49,201 nt of DNA from Deltaproteobacteria bacterium (GTDB taxonomy: Bacteria > CG03 > SLGR01 > JBDRKX01), in assembly GCA_048634875.1 (NCBI GenBank), contig JAIVZN010000003.1, forward strand, positions 1 to 49,201. Direction: 5' to 3'. Under the pieces are notes generated by a model, which was not told the DNA's origin, did no database searches, and worked only from the letters and a program-made list of their open reading frames with translations. Both the position numbers and the translations under genes were made by a program. Below are positions 35,814 through 47,039 of the stretch, piece by piece (the first letter of the stretch is position 1; each line of letters opens with the position of its first letter).

Positions 35814-37060
35814 ATTTTTGCTCCAAGGTTTTTAAAATTTTCAACTACGGTTTCGTATCCCCTTTCTATGTGACAGAGTCCTGAAATTTCGGTTCTTCCC
35901 TCAGCTAAAAACCCTGCAAGAATCAGAGAAGCCCCTCCTCTTAAATCCATAGCTGTAACAGGCGCGCCGCTTAAACATTTCACTCCGGTAACCATTGCCG
36001 CATTTCCTTTTATATCAATATTTGCTCCCATTCTTATGAGTTCCCCGCAGTGCAAAAACCTGCTTTCAAATATCTCTTCAGATATTACACTGACACCTTT
36101 AGCTACTGACATCAAGGCCATAAAAGGCGCCTGCAGGTCGGTTGGAAATCCGGGATATGGAGAAGTTCTTATTTCCGCATGCTTCAAATGAGCAGGACCA
36201 TTGATGTTTATGTTATTCTTATCTACAGCAATATTTGCACCGCACTCAATAAGCTTTTCTATTACAGATTCAAGTATTTCCGGGTGTGAAAACTCCATCT
36301 GGATTTTAGAATTTTTTATACATCCTGCTATTAAGTAAGTCCCTGCCTGGATGCGGTCATCCATAACAGTAAAATCAACTGTTCTGTAGTTGTTATTACC
36401 TTTTACCTTTATTGTATTATTATCGCAGTTGGAGATATTTGCGCCCATCTGTTCTAAAAAATCTACTAACTGGATAACCTCGGGTTCTCTGGCAGCATTT
36501 TCTATAATCGTTTCTCCTTCCGCATGACAGGCAGCCATTATCAGGTTTTCGGTGGCTCCCACTGAAGGATAATCAAGATATATAGTTGCTCCATGTAAAC
36601 CTTTTGAAGAAAGGTTTACAAAACCGCCGGTCACGCTTAACTTTGCACCCATTTTCTTCATGCCTTTTAAGTGCAGGTCAACAGGCCTTGTCCCTATTGC
36701 GCAGCCGCCAGGAAGCGGAATACGAACCTTATGCATTCTTCCGGCTAAAGCGCCCATTACAAGTATTGACGCGCGCATTTTTTTTACCAGTTCATACGGC
36801 GCATGGCCCTGCATTTTTCCGCCCGCTTCTACCGTGACAGCAGAATTCAGACGCCGGACTTTTTTACCGAGGAATTCAAGTACCTGCACCATTGTTGATA
36901 TGTCGCTCAGGTCAGGCACATTCCTTATTATACATTTTTCATCTGTCATCAGTGTAGCAGCAAGAATAGGCAGCACTGCATTTTTTGCTCCTGAAATATT
37001 AACTTTTCCTTTTAATATAGAAGGTCCTTCTATAATTATTTTTTTATTATTATTGTTCAT
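35801..37060 (-). CDS. murA: UDP-N-acetylglucosamine 1-carboxyvinyltransferase
   Basis: SGAKNA.LP, MRAS, LPGGCAIGTRP (active-site Cys present), PGFPTDLQ. Confidence 0.96.
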   Translation of the reverse strand: MNNNNKKIIIEGPSILKGKVNISGAKNAVLPILAATLMTDEKCIIRNVPDLSDISTMVQVLEFLGKKVRRLNSAVTVEAGGKMQGHAPYELVKKMRASILVMGALAGRMHKVRIPLPGGCAIGTRPVDLHLKGMKKMGAKLSVTGGFVNLSSKGLHGATIYLDYPSVGATENLIMAACHAEGETIIENAAREPEVIQLVDFLEQMGANISNCDNNTIKVKGNNNYRTVDFTVMDDRIQAGTYLIAGCIKNSKIQMEFSHPEILESVIEKLIECGANIAVDKNNININGPAHLKHAEIRTSPYPGFPTDLQAPFMALMSVAKGVSVISEEIFESRFLHCGELIRMGANIDIKGNAAMVTGVKCLSGAPVTAMDLRGGASLILAGFLAEGRTEISGLCHIERGYETVVENFKNLGAKIWIE

Positions 37061-37073
37061 GTGTAAATAAAAC

Positions 37074-37880
37074 CTAAACTTTTATTACTGCTATTCTATT
37101 TATTCCACTATAATCTTTAATAAATTGATATTCGTGAAAACCTATATTCATTATTAACTTTTCCACATCTTCTTTCTGATTATATCCAATCTCTATAAAT
37201 ATTTTGCCGCCTGCCTGCACATATGAGCGGGCTTCTCTTAAAATTTTATTTATATATTTCAAGCCATCTTTCCCTCCGATCAGAGCTAACTTCGGCTCCT
37301 TCTTTACCTCCTCCGGCAGTCCTGCGTATTCAGGATACTTTACATATGGAGGATTTGATATAAGGCAATCAAAGGAAATATCCCGTAGCCGGTTAAACAT
37401 ATCACCTTTTATAAATGTTATTTTATCTGAAACACCATGCTTCCGGGCATTTTTCTTTGCAACTCTTAAAGCGCGGGAACTTTTTTCAACAGAAACAACC
37501 CTGCAATCTGCAAATTTTGCAAGCGTTACCGCTATATTTCCGCAACCTGCGCCTATCTCAAGAACTTCCGGATTGCTTTTACCTTCTATAAATTCAAGGC
37601 ACTTTTCAACTAACAACTCTGTTTCCTGCCTTGGAATTAAAGTATCAGCATTAACTTCAAGCTTAAGCCCCATAAACACAGAATGACCTAAAATATAATC
37701 TAAAGGATATCCCTTAGTTTTCTTTTTTATTAACTTCCTGTACTCTGATAACTGCTTCCTGGATAATTTTTTATTGAAATTAACATATAATTCATTTCTG
37801 CTTATTTTAAGAATGTCACTTAAGAGTAAATCGCTGTCGCTTCCGGCAAGAACATTTTTTATCGTATAATCGCTATTCAT
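37074..37880 (-). CDS. prmC: Release factor glutamine methyltransferase
   Basis: LIPRQETE, EIGAGCG, SNPPY, EIGYNQ; follows prfA. Confidence 0.93.
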   Translation of the reverse strand: MNSDYTIKNVLAGSDSDLLLSDILKISRNELYVNFNKKLSRKQLSEYRKLIKKKTKGYPLDYILGHSVFMGLKLEVNADTLIPRQETELLVEKCLEFIEGKSNPEVLEIGAGCGNIAVTLAKFADCRVVSVEKSSRALRVAKKNARKHGVSDKITFIKGDMFNRLRDISFDCLISNPPYVKYPEYAGLPEEVKKEPKLALIGGKDGLKYINKILREARSYVQAGGKIFIEIGYNQKEDVEKLIMNIGFHEYQFIKDYSGINRIAVIKV

Positions 37881-37895
37881 TGATTTAACCCATTT

Positions 37896-38960
37896 CTAAC
37901 AGGATTCATCTATCTGTTTTTCTCTCATTTTCTTACCTAAATCAATTAAGAAATCTTCTAAATTTCCTTCAAGAATTGATTCTAAATTATAGGCAGTTAA
38001 GTTAACTCTGTGATCTGTGATACGATTCTGGGGAAAATTGTAAGTCCTTATCTTTTCACTGCGGTCGCCTGAACCGACCTGCTTTCTGCGGAACTCTTCT
38101 TCTTCACTTTGCTGATCCTGTTTCATCTGCTCCTTTAATCTTGCCCTCATGACCTCCATTGCTTTTCTTTTGTTCTGCATCTGAGAACGCTCATCCTGGC
38201 ACTGAACTACAATTCCGGTAGGTATATGAGTAATACGCACAGCAGAGTCAGTTACATTTACATGCTGCCCCCCTTTACCGGAAGCCCTGTATGTATCTAT
38301 TCTCAAATCTTCTTTGTTTATATGTATTTCCACGGGATCTGCCTGAGATAAAACTGCAACACTGCAGGCAGATGTATGAAGCCTGCCACTGGATTCTGTT
38401 TCAGGCACTCTCTGCACCCTGTGCACCCCGCTTTCCCATTTCATAGTGCCGTAAACATTTTTCCCTTTAACCGCAAATACTATTTCCTTAAAACCGCCAA
38501 GCCCGGTTTTGTTTGAATCGTATATATCTATTTTCCAGCCCTTATTTTCTGTATATCTTAAATACATTCTGAAAAGCCGCGCGCAAAAGAGCGCCGCCTC
38601 CTCTCCTCCTGTTCCTGCTCTTATCTCCATTATTACATCTTTTTGTATATCAGGATCAGCAGGAACCAGATAAGCTTTAAGCTCTTTTTCCAGTTCCCAA
38701 ATTTTTCCTGACAGGTTATCCATATCTTCTTTTGCAAGTTCTTTAAGCTCGCCTTCCTCCTGCGCATATAAAGTTTCTGCCTGGTCAAACTGGTTTTTAA
38801 GCTTCAGGTATTCACTGTATTTCTCAACCACTTCACTGAGCTCGCTATGACGGCGGGAATATTCCCTTAACTTTTCAGCATCATTTATAACTTCTGTAAA
38901 GGTGAGTTTCTTTTGAAGTTCTTCAAATTCTTTTTTTAGTTTATCTAATTTTTCAAACAT
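37896..38960 (-). CDS. prfA: Peptide chain release factor 1
   Basis: [17 protein letters not shown] (PxT), [17 protein letters not shown]. Confidence 0.97.
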   Translation of the reverse strand: MFEKLDKLKKEFEELQKKLTFTEVINDAEKLREYSRRHSELSEVVEKYSEYLKLKNQFDQAETLYAQEEGELKELAKEDMDNLSGKIWELEKELKAYLVPADPDIQKDVIMEIRAGTGGEEAALFCARLFRMYLRYTENKGWKIDIYDSNKTGLGGFKEIVFAVKGKNVYGTMKWESGVHRVQRVPETESSGRLHTSACSVAVLSQADPVEIHINKEDLRIDTYRASGKGGQHVNVTDSAVRITHIPTGIVVQCQDERSQMQNKRKAMEVMRARLKEQMKQDQQSEEEEFRRKQVGSGDRSEKIRTYNFPQNRITDHRVNLTAYNLESILEGNLEDFLIDLGKKMREKQIDESC

Positions 38961-39027
38961 GGTTATTTCTTATAAAAATCGTCTATAAATTGTGTGCATT
39001 GTATCGGCAAAGCTTGCTTTTTTTTCC

Positions 39028-39114
39028 AGAGAAATTCAGATATTGAGAAATTTAGAGATTAGATTTTTTCATAAAACTTAATTACTTAATCTCTTAATCT
39101 CCTAATCTCTTCTC
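39028..39114. repeat. Octamer inverted-repeat element (GAGAAATT / TTAATCTC type)
   Basis: agagaaat tcagatat tgagaaat ttagagat ... ttaattac ttaatctc ttaatctc ctaatctc. Confidence 0.7.
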
Positions 39115-39117
39115 ATA

Positions 39118-39215
39118 TTGTAGTTGCCTGATAAATCAGGCTTTTGCAGAACAAGTGCGCTCTGTTAAAAAAATCTATTAAAACGACTTTTTCTTAACGC
39201 CTCGGGCAACTACAA
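39118..39215. repeat. GTAG-type REP/REPIN-like element
   Basis: Perfect 11-bp terminal IR ttgtagttgcc/ggcaactacaa; internal gcctgat-aa-atcaggc palindrome. Confidence 0.7.
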
Positions 39216-39216
39216 A

Positions 39217-39432
39217 TTATTTTTTGGATTTGGATTTCTTTCCGTACTTGCGGTGAAACTTTTCAACTCTGCCGGCAGAATCAATTAACTTTTGCTCCCC
39301 TGTATAGAATGGATGGCAGTTAGAGCATATCTCTACTTTGATATTTTTCTTTGTTGAGAAAGTTGTAAACTTTTCTCCGCAGGCACAGGTTACAGTTGCC
39401 TCATAAAGTTGTGGATGAATTTTCTTTTTCAT
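39217..39432 (-). CDS. rpmE: 50S ribosomal protein L31 (Zn-binding type)
   Basis: [27 protein letters not shown]. Confidence 0.97.
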   Translation of the reverse strand: MKKKIHPQLYEATVTCACGEKFTTFSTKKNIKVEICSNCHPFYTGEQKLIDSAGRVEKFHRKYGKKSKSKK

Positions 39433-39447
39433 AATTTAAAACCATTA

Positions 39448-39470
39448 TGTAAGAGGCCGAGCCTCTTACA
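39448..39470. terminator. Perfect hairpin between the vWA gene and rpmE
   Basis: tgtaagaggc-cga-gcctcttaca, 10-bp stem; lacks a clean U-tract. Confidence 0.45.
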
Positions 39471-39472
39471 CG

Positions 39473-41077
39473 CTACTCCTTGAATTTAAAATTCTTTTTT
39501 ATAGCCTGAGAGCGAACAGCATCCGAAATTACCTGATCCAGTGTCTGTTTTCCTCTTTCAGCAGTCATTTCCTTGCGTTTTTCAGCTATATACTTACGGC
39601 GTTCTTCATTAAGCTTATTTATTTTAATCTGTATTTCTTTTCTTTCTTTTATTTTGTTATTTACATAATCTATTCGTTCTTTTTCATTCATTGCCCGCAT
39701 TTCTTCAGGAAGTTCTTTTTCCGGAACTTTGGATACATCTACTTTACCGCTTTTAGCTTCATTTACAAGATCCCCCGGCGCTGCTTCGCTGTATTGAGCT
39801 TTTGCTTTAAACAGAGCGCGCTGCAAGAGAGAGCCTTCTTTTTTATGCTTTCCGGCTGCTTTATCCTGCGCAATCTGTTTCTCGGCTGCAACTTTTCCTT
39901 TGGCACCATAAAAGATAAATGTCCGGTTAAGCTGGGTACCCAAACGCTGGATTTCAGCATCCTGCGGCGTCTGGATAGCAGCAACCCTGACTTGCTGATC
40001 TATATTAAGGTACTCACCGTTACCTATATCTGCGCCTTCTTTCCATCTTGTAGCAATTCCCTGCTGTTTTCTTCCACAGAAAATTGTATTAACAAAAATA
40101 TCCTTATCAACGGCGCGAGTGACAGCTTCCCTGAAGTCCACAGGACCCTGAGTAAACGGCTCATTACCGGCAATAAAAATAACTTTATATATATCAGAAT
40201 GTTTATCCCACTGTAAATTATCTGCTGTATCCATAATAACTGCGCCGCAATATTCCTGCCCTCCGTTAGTTGTTAATGCAAACAACTGTTCAGAAACCAT
40301 ATCCAGGTCAACAGTAAATGGAAGAATTTGCCTGAGATAATTTTCTTCCCTGCTTAACCTGGAATTACCGTATTCATAAAGGGCAACCTGAATTGTCGGA
40401 TTATTGCCTTCCTTTTCAGAAGAGGACAGTTCATTGACAATTCTCCAGAGCTGGGTTTTTGCCTGATTAATGAGACCATCCATACTGCCGGAGGTATCTA
40501 AAAGGATAGCAAGCTGAATTAATGATTTACCGCTAAGTTTGTCATTGCCGTTCTCCGGGTCCGGGCGGTCTGCTTTATAATCGCTGGGTTTTACAGGTGA
40601 ATCCTGCCATGTCCGTTTTATTTCTACCCTGCCGGCAGCAAGTATTTTTCCTGTCTCTGTGTGGATAATCCGCGCATTGACTTCTGTCTTTTCTTTTTTA
40701 AGATCATTTAAAGTGCCTGTAACTATGCCGCCAACCCCGAGAACCTTTCCAAGCTCCTTTGTTAAATTCTCATCTATTATGCCTGTTCTTTCAAGGCTCA
40801 TTTCGTCAAGCACCTTATTTAGCAGATGTCTTTCAACTACTTCTACTCTTTCTGTTTTTACAAAGTAAGTAGTGAGCCTTTCCTGAACAAGAGAAGAACC
40901 ACTCGAAATAAATCCATTATGATATGGAAAGTTAAGCACTGCAATTTTTTTGTTTGGCATGTTCTCAACTTTCTTTGCCATTTTTTTTGCCATTTTTCTT
41001 AGAGGGTCAGCACTGACATTAGAACATAATATGCCGAACAACATAAAAACAGCAAATATCTTAAAACTCTTTTTCAA
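39473..41077 (-). CDS. Secreted FlgO/CsgG-like + von Willebrand A domain protein
   Basis: Signal peptide; KIAVLNF..VVER..G.VLGV..IVTG..ARII..ETG.IL; MIDAS DTSGS; C-terminal coiled coil. TTG start with SD GGAG. Confidence 0.8.
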   Translation of the reverse strand: MKKSFKIFAVFMLFGILCSNVSADPLRKMAKKMAKKVENMPNKKIAVLNFPYHNGFISSGSSLVQERLTTYFVKTERVEVVERHLLNKVLDEMSLERTGIIDENLTKELGKVLGVGGIVTGTLNDLKKEKTEVNARIIHTETGKILAAGRVEIKRTWQDSPVKPSDYKADRPDPENGNDKLSGKSLIQLAILLDTSGSMDGLINQAKTQLWRIVNELSSSEKEGNNPTIQVALYEYGNSRLSREENYLRQILPFTVDLDMVSEQLFALTTNGGQEYCGAVIMDTADNLQWDKHSDIYKVIFIAGNEPFTQGPVDFREAVTRAVDKDIFVNTIFCGRKQQGIATRWKEGADIGNGEYLNIDQQVRVAAIQTPQDAEIQRLGTQLNRTFIFYGAKGKVAAEKQIAQDKAAGKHKKEGSLLQRALFKAKAQYSEAAPGDLVNEAKSGKVDVSKVPEKELPEEMRAMNEKERIDYVNNKIKERKEIQIKINKLNEERRKYIAEKRKEMTAERGKQTLDQVISDAVRSQAIKKNFKFKE

Positions 41078-41095
41078 AACTCTCCTTCCACTTTA

Positions 41096-41170
41096 GTCGT
41101 AAAGTGTAAAGGGTTGGAAAAATTTTTCTATTTGATTTTCTTTATACTCTTCACTCTTTACGCTTTACCT
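41096..41170. repeat. GTAAAGN / TTTACNC heptamer element, copy 2
   Basis: gtcgtaaag tgtaaag gg ... ttcactc tttacgc tttacc; 3 nt from the tRNA-Lys CCA. Confidence 0.75.
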
Positions 41171-41173
41171 ATT

Positions 41174-41249
41174 TGGTGAGCCAGGAAGGATTCGAACCTT
41201 CGACCCACGCCTTAAAAGGGCGTTGCTCTGCCAACTGAGCTACTGGCCC
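41174..41249 (-). tRNA. tRNA-Lys(TTT)
   Basis: GGGCCAG..TAGCTCAGTTGG..ACGCC-CTTTTAA-GGCGT..GTTCGAATC..CTGGCTCACCA; 76 nt, encoded CCA. Confidence 0.97.
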
Positions 41250-41263
41250 ACCTAACTGTTTTA

Positions 41264-42802
41264 TTAGTCAACCTTAACGCTGTTTACGCCTTCTATCGTT
41301 TTCAATGATTTTAGTTTTTCAATGATCTCCTGTGAAATCTCCTGATCAACACCTATCACGGTAACAGCCTGTCCGCCGGCAGATTTCCTGCCTACTTCCA
41401 TACTCCCGATATTTATACCGTATTCTCCTAAAATTGTTCCGATATGGCCTATTACTCCAGGTATGTCGAAATTTTTTATAATCAGAAGATTTCCGTTTAA
41501 GGGTATATCTAAGATATATCCATTTATTCCTGTTAACCTCGTAATATCTCCTATTACGCTTCCGGAAATATTTAAATCATCCCCTAAAGTTATGTTTATA
41601 TCCCATGGCAAACCCTCGTGAGTTACCTTCTGTTTTATTATCTCAATACCTTTTTCTTCTGCTACTAAAACTGCATTGATAAAATTTATACCTTCATTAA
41701 ATTGAGAAAGATATCCATTCAAGATAGTCCTGATAATAGCATCTTCGGATTTCTCCTCTTTATAACTTATTAATATCCTCTCTGTCAAATGTTTTGAAAG
41801 CTGCCCCAAAAGCATTCCAAGGTTACTGGCAAGTTTTTCAAGAGGCAATTCTAATTCCACGCTGCAAATATTAACTGCATTTATAATTTTCCCGTCTTTC
41901 AGGTAATCTATTGCCTGTTTGACAATTTCAATTGAGACTCTCTCCTCGGCTTCAGTAGTTGAAGCGCCAAGATGCGGAGTATGAATAATGCCGTCAACTG
42001 AAAAAACAGGCGAATCTGTAGTTGGCTCTGTTTCATACACATCAACAGCAGCGCCTCTTATCTGCCTGTTTTTTACCGCTTCTGATAAAGCAGCCTCATT
42101 TACAATTCCTCCCCTGGCGCAATTTATTAAAATTGCCTCTTTTTTCATTTTTGATAAAGCGCTGCTGTCAATTAAATTTTTTGTCTTTTCATTTAAAGGC
42201 ACATGTATTGTTATAACATCTGAGGCTTCAAACAGTTCATTTAACTCTACAAGTTTTGCTTTTGCTTCTTTTGCAATATCCTGCGATGTATAAGGGTCAT
42301 ACACAATTATTTTCATGCCAAAGCCAATGGCTCTCTTAGCAACTTCTATACCAATCTTTCCCAGCCCTATAATTCCAAGTGTTTTCCCGTATATCTCAGC
42401 ACCCTTATACTTTTTCTTATCCCACCTGCCTTCTACCAAAGCTTGATGAGACTGCGGAATATTCCTCAAGGTACTTAGAATCAATGCCCATGTATGTTCG
42501 CAGGCTGAAATTGTATTACCTGAAGGAGTATTCATAACAACAATACCTTTCCTGGTAGCAGCTTCAACATCTACATTGTCCACTCCAACACCTGCCCTGC
42601 CAATAACCTTTAAATTTCCTGCATTTTCAATTATATCTTTTGTTACATTTGTCCCGCTTCTTATGATAAGCCCGTCATAATTTACTATTTCTTTTTTAAG
42701 CGCCTCTCCATCAAGCGAAACATCCATTTTTACATAAAGACCCGCATCTTCTAAACTCCTGATACCTTCGGTAGACAAACTATCTGTTATTAAAACCTTC
42801 AT
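41264..42802 (-). CDS. serA: D-3-phosphoglycerate dehydrogenase (with ACT domain)
   Basis: GRAGVGVDNVD, GLGKIG, NCARGG, TPHLGAST; C-terminal DIPGVIG ACT domain. ATG 42802. Confidence 0.95.
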   Translation of the reverse strand: MKVLITDSLSTEGIRSLEDAGLYVKMDVSLDGEALKKEIVNYDGLIIRSGTNVTKDIIENAGNLKVIGRAGVGVDNVDVEAATRKGIVVMNTPSGNTISACEHTWALILSTLRNIPQSHQALVEGRWDKKKYKGAEIYGKTLGIIGLGKIGIEVAKRAIGFGMKIIVYDPYTSQDIAKEAKAKLVELNELFEASDVITIHVPLNEKTKNLIDSSALSKMKKEAILINCARGGIVNEAALSEAVKNRQIRGAAVDVYETEPTTDSPVFSVDGIIHTPHLGASTTEAEERVSIEIVKQAIDYLKDGKIINAVNICSVELELPLEKLASNLGMLLGQLSKHLTERILISYKEEKSEDAIIRTILNGYLSQFNEGINFINAVLVAEEKGIEIIKQKVTHEGLPWDINITLGDDLNISGSVIGDITRLTGINGYILDIPLNGNLLIIKNFDIPGVIGHIGTILGEYGINIGSMEVGRKSAGGQAVTVIGVDQEISQEIIEKLKSLKTIEGVNSVKVD

Positions 42803-42809
42803 TGCACCT

Positions 42810-45131
42810 TCAGAACACATGCTGAATAACCTCCTTGAAGTTTTCCACAGGAATAAGATTTAAATTTCTTTTTATTTTATTTGGTATCTCTGCTAAATTT
42901 TTCTTGTTTTCAGCAGGAAATATAACTGTTTTAAAACTATCTCTGTGCGCAGCAAGCATCTTTTCCTTAAGGCCTCCAATTTCTAAAATTTTTCCACTTA
43001 ATGTAATTTCTCCTGTCATTACCACTTCTTTCTTAACAGGTTTATTTGTAATTACAGACAGAAGCGCCGTACATATTGTAATCCCTGCGGATGGCCCTTC
43101 CTTCGGGACAGCTCCTGCAGGCACATGGATATGTATATCCTGAGTTTTATAAAAATCAGGAGGGACTTTTAACTTTTTAGCATTTGCCCTTATAAAACTT
43201 ACTGCGGTTTGAGCGGATTCTTTCATTACATCTCCAAGTGTCCCTGTCAGCTTGAGTTTGCCATCGCCCGGCATTAAAGATACTTCAATTGACAACGACT
43301 CTCCGCCATTTTGAGTCCATGAAAGCCCGGCAGCAACACCGATGTCATTCTGATAGGCGCGGAGACATGAGTATTTAGGCACTCCAAGATATTTTGCAAC
43401 TATCCCGCTTGTTATTTTAGCTGAACTTATTTTTCGTGTAGCAACTTTCTGGGCAATTTTTCTCAGCACCTTTGCTATTTCCCTTTCAAGGTTCCTTACA
43501 CCTGCTTCTCTTGTGTAATTTTCAATTATGTGTTTAATAGAACCATCGGTAAAAGAAAACTTGTCTGTCTTTAACCCATTTTCCTTTATCTGTTTTAGTA
43601 TTAAAAATCTCTGAGCTATGCTTATCTTTTCATCTAAAGTATATCCGGGAAATTCTATCTGCTCCATTCTGTCAAGCATGGCAGGGGGAATAGTTGATAT
43701 AGTATTGGCAGTTGTAATAAACATTACATCAGAGAGATCAAATTCCACTTCAAGGTAGTGATCGCTGAAATTTTTATTTTGTTCAGGATCCAGCGCCTCT
43801 AGCAGCGCTGAAGATGGATCGCCTCTGAAATCCTTGCCCATCTTATCAACTTCATCCAGTAAAAACACAGGATTCTTGCTTCCTATTTTTGTAATGGACT
43901 GTATTATTCGCCCCGGCAAAGCCCCGATATAAGTGCGACGGTGTCCCCTTATTTCTGCTTCATCCCTGATGCCGCCTAAAGAAACTCTTGTAAATTTCCT
44001 GTTTAAAGCATGCGCTATTGACCTGCCGAATGAAGTCTTTCCTGTACCCGGTGGACCCACGAAACAAAGTATAGGGGTCTTTAATTTCTTTGATAATTTT
44101 GAAACTGCAAGATATTCAAGAATTCTCTCTTTTGCCTCTTCTAAACTATGGTGTTCGGATTCAAGAATATCTTCAGCTTTTTTAAGGTTTATATTATTTG
44201 GCGTCTTTTTCTTCCATGGCAGTTTTACCAGCCAGTCTAAATATGTCCTGACTACAGTTCCCTCAGGTGAAAATGGCATCATCTTTTCTAATCTTCCTAA
44301 TTCTTTTCTTGCCTGGGTTTTTGACTCTTCCGACATGCCTGATTCATTTATCTTTTCTGAAAGTTCATTTATTTCATCCTTCTGGAGATCTTTCCCATCA
44401 AGTTCTTTCTTTATTGCCTTCATCTGCTCGGATAAATAATATTCTTTCTGAGATTTTTCTATCTGATTTTTAACCTTTCCGTCTATTTCTTTTTGTATGA
44501 CAAGAATATCAATTTCTTTTTTCAGGATTACTGTAAGCCTCTCAATCCGCTTTACCGGGTTAAACTGTTCTAATAACCTCTGCGCCTGTTGTTTTTTAAG
44601 CCTGATGTGGCTGATGATAACATCTGTTAACTTATCCGGGTTATCAATCTCATCTACAAGAGAATAGGAACCGAAATCAATTGTAGGATTCAGTTTAACA
44701 TAATCTTCAAATAAATTAGAAACTCTTCTCATTATTGCCTGAAGATGGTTATCTGCAATCTCAGGCATCTCTGCAGAAGGATATTCAATTTCAGCTTCAT
44801 AATAGTTTTCGTTAGGAATAAATCTTTTTATCCTTATTCTTTTTTCCCCTTCAATAAGAATTCTCGCGCTGCCATCAGGGAGGTTTAAGGTTTGAATTAT
44901 GCTTCCAATTATACCTACCCTGTAAATGTTTTCACCTGTTGGATTATCATCGTAAATATTCTTCTGAGTTACAACAATTATCCTGTGATTATCCCCTGTT
45001 GCTCTCTGCACAGCATTTAAAGAACGCCTTCTACCGATTGCAAGAGGAACAAGCATGTAGGGAAAAATAACAATATCCCTTACAGGAAGCAACGGGTAAA
45101 TATTAGCTTTAGTAGTTTTTCTTGCCATCAT
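42810..45131 (-). CDS. lon: ATP-dependent protease La (LonA)
   Basis: [46 protein letters not shown]. Confidence 0.97.
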   Translation of the reverse strand: MMARKTTKANIYPLLPVRDIVIFPYMLVPLAIGRRRSLNAVQRATGDNHRIIVVTQKNIYDDNPTGENIYRVGIIGSIIQTLNLPDGSARILIEGEKRIRIKRFIPNENYYEAEIEYPSAEMPEIADNHLQAIMRRVSNLFEDYVKLNPTIDFGSYSLVDEIDNPDKLTDVIISHIRLKKQQAQRLLEQFNPVKRIERLTVILKKEIDILVIQKEIDGKVKNQIEKSQKEYYLSEQMKAIKKELDGKDLQKDEINELSEKINESGMSEESKTQARKELGRLEKMMPFSPEGTVVRTYLDWLVKLPWKKKTPNNINLKKAEDILESEHHSLEEAKERILEYLAVSKLSKKLKTPILCFVGPPGTGKTSFGRSIAHALNRKFTRVSLGGIRDEAEIRGHRRTYIGALPGRIIQSITKIGSKNPVFLLDEVDKMGKDFRGDPSSALLEALDPEQNKNFSDHYLEVEFDLSDVMFITTANTISTIPPAMLDRMEQIEFPGYTLDEKISIAQRFLILKQIKENGLKTDKFSFTDGSIKHIIENYTREAGVRNLEREIAKVLRKIAQKVATRKISSAKITSGIVAKYLGVPKYSCLRAYQNDIGVAAGLSWTQNGGESLSIEVSLMPGDGKLKLTGTLGDVMKESAQTAVSFIRANAKKLKVPPDFYKTQDIHIHVPAGAVPKEGPSAGITICTALLSVITNKPVKKEVVMTGEITLSGKILEIGGLKEKMLAAHRDSFKTVIFPAENKKNLAEIPNKIKRNLNLIPVENFKEVIQHVF

Positions 45132-46396
45132 GCCGTTTTAAGTATTGGTTCGGATTTCCTTTCAATTACATCTTTATCTATAATACACTCAATAATATTT
45201 TCTCTATCCGGAATATCATACATCAATTCAAGCATAAAACTTTCTATAATAGTGCGCAAGCCTCTTGCTCCACGGGACTTTTCTTTTGCAAGAAATGCTA
45301 TTTTGCGGATAGCATCATCTGTAAAAGTTAATTTTATACCTTCCATAGCAATAAGTTTCTGATATTGCTTTGCTATTGAATTTTTTGGTTTTATAAGTAT
45401 TTCAGCCAGGTCATTCTCATTTAAATCATGAAACGGGCCCGTAACAGGAAGCCTTCCAACAAGTTCAGGTATTAAACCATACTTTATCAGGTCTTCCGGC
45501 TCAATGTACTTAAAAATCTCTCCTACATCTTTAGATTTGCCCTTCACTAACTTTGCGCCAAAGCCAACCCTTTTTTCACTTAATCTGTTAGATATAATAT
45601 CGTCTAATCCGCTAAACGCACCTCCGCAAATGAAAAGTATGTTTGTTGTATCTACCTGAATAAACTTCTGTTGAGGATGTTTTCTTCCTCCCTGCGGATG
45701 GACATTTGCGACAGTTCCCTCTAAAATCTTGAGTAACGCTTGCTGAACCCCCTCTCCGGAAACATCCCTTGTAATTGAGGGAGTCTCTGATTTTCTTGAT
45801 ATTTTGTCAATTTCATCTATATAAATTATTCCCCATTCTGTCAGGTTTTTATTAAAAGAGGCACTCTGCAGGAGCCTCACAAGTATATTCTCCACATCTT
45901 CTCCAACATAACCGGCTTCAGTAAGAGTAGTAGCATCTGCTATTGCAAACGGAACATCAAGTATTCTTGCCAAGGTTTTCGCAAGCAGTGTCTTGCCTGT
46001 TCCTGTTGGCCCGACAAGCAAAATATTTGATTTTTCTAGTTCCACATTTTTATCAAAAGTTACTTTTCTTTTCTCTTGCGCTTTTACCTTGAAAGGCCCT
46101 TTACCGCTTATCCCGGCTCTTTTGTAGTGATTATATACTGCAACTGAAATAATTTTTTTTGACTCTTCTTGCCCGACTACATATTCATCAAGAATGGTTT
46201 TTATTTCACTTGGTTTAGGAACTTCCCTTATATTTCTCTGTCTTTCCCTGTCCAGTGCATCGTGAATCAAGTGATACGAAGTATCTATGCACTCTGCACA
46301 GATATAAGCTCCCTTGCCGCCTACAAGTTTTACTGCTTCTCGCTCAGTTTTACCACAAAAAATACAATTCTTTATTTCATATTTACCATCAGCCAC
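45128..46396 (-). CDS. clpX: ATP-dependent Clp protease ATP-binding subunit ClpX
   Basis: C4 zinc finger, [29 protein letters not shown] loop. Confidence 0.97.
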   Translation of the reverse strand: MADGKYEIKNCIFCGKTEREAVKLVGGKGAYICAECIDTSYHLIHDALDRERQRNIREVPKPSEIKTILDEYVVGQEESKKIISVAVYNHYKRAGISGKGPFKVKAQEKRKVTFDKNVELEKSNILLVGPTGTGKTLLAKTLARILDVPFAIADATTLTEAGYVGEDVENILVRLLQSASFNKNLTEWGIIYIDEIDKISRKSETPSITRDVSGEGVQQALLKILEGTVANVHPQGGRKHPQQKFIQVDTTNILFICGGAFSGLDDIISNRLSEKRVGFGAKLVKGKSKDVGEIFKYIEPEDLIKYGLIPELVGRLPVTGPFHDLNENDLAEILIKPKNSIAKQYQKLIAMEGIKLTFTDDAIRKIAFLAKEKSRGARGLRTIIESFMLELMYDIPDRENIIECIIDKDVIERKSEPILKTA

Positions 46397-46409
46397 TTTA
46401 ATTATCCCC

Positions 46410-47030
46410 CTATGTTTTTTTTATTTCTTTACGGGTTGATATTACTTCATCTACAATACCATACTCCTTTGCCTCAGAAGCAGTCATAAAGAAATCTCTC
46501 TCTGTATCTTCTTCCACCTTTTTCATATCCTGCCCTGTATGTTCTGCCAATATTTTATTTATAGTATCCTTCATTCTCATTATTTCCTGAGCCTGAATTC
46601 CGATATCTGTTGCCTGCCCCTGAACACCGCCAAGCGGCTGATGTATCATTATGCGGGAATTTGGTAATGCGTATCTTTTCCCTTTATCTCCTGCCGCAAG
46701 TAAAAGCGCTGCCATAGATGTTGCCTGTCCCATGCATATTGTTGCAATAGACGGGTTAATATACTGTATGGTATCATATATGGCAAGTCCGGAAGTAACC
46801 ACCCCACCGGGAGAATTTATGTATAGTGAAATCTCTTTATCCGGATTTTCTGCTTCTAAAAAGAGTAATTGCGCAATTATTAAATTGGCAATAGTATCAT
46901 CTACAGGCGTACCTACAAAAATTATTCTGTCTTTCAGTAATCTTGAAAAAATATCATATGCTCTTTCCCCACGCTGACTCTTTTCTACCACCATTGGAAC
47001 AAGCTGCATAACTTCATTTTTTTTATCCAT
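46410..47030 (-). CDS. clpP: ATP-dependent Clp protease proteolytic subunit
   Basis: [24 protein letters not shown] (Ser), MIHQP (His), ERD. Confidence 0.97.
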   Translation of the reverse strand: MDKKNEVMQLVPMVVEKSQRGERAYDIFSRLLKDRIIFVGTPVDDTIANLIIAQLLFLEAENPDKEISLYINSPGGVVTSGLAIYDTIQYINPSIATICMGQATSMAALLLAAGDKGKRYALPNSRIMIHQPLGGVQGQATDIGIQAQEIMRMKDTINKILAEHTGQDMKKVEEDTERDFFMTASEAKEYGIVDEVISTRKEIKKT

Positions 47031-47039
47031 TATATCTCC

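Noticed and set aside
8370-45131. Two Lon-family proteases plus ClpXP in one window
   Set aside because: Coexistence of LonA and LonC-type proteases is common, and tig-clpP-clpX-lon is the standard order.
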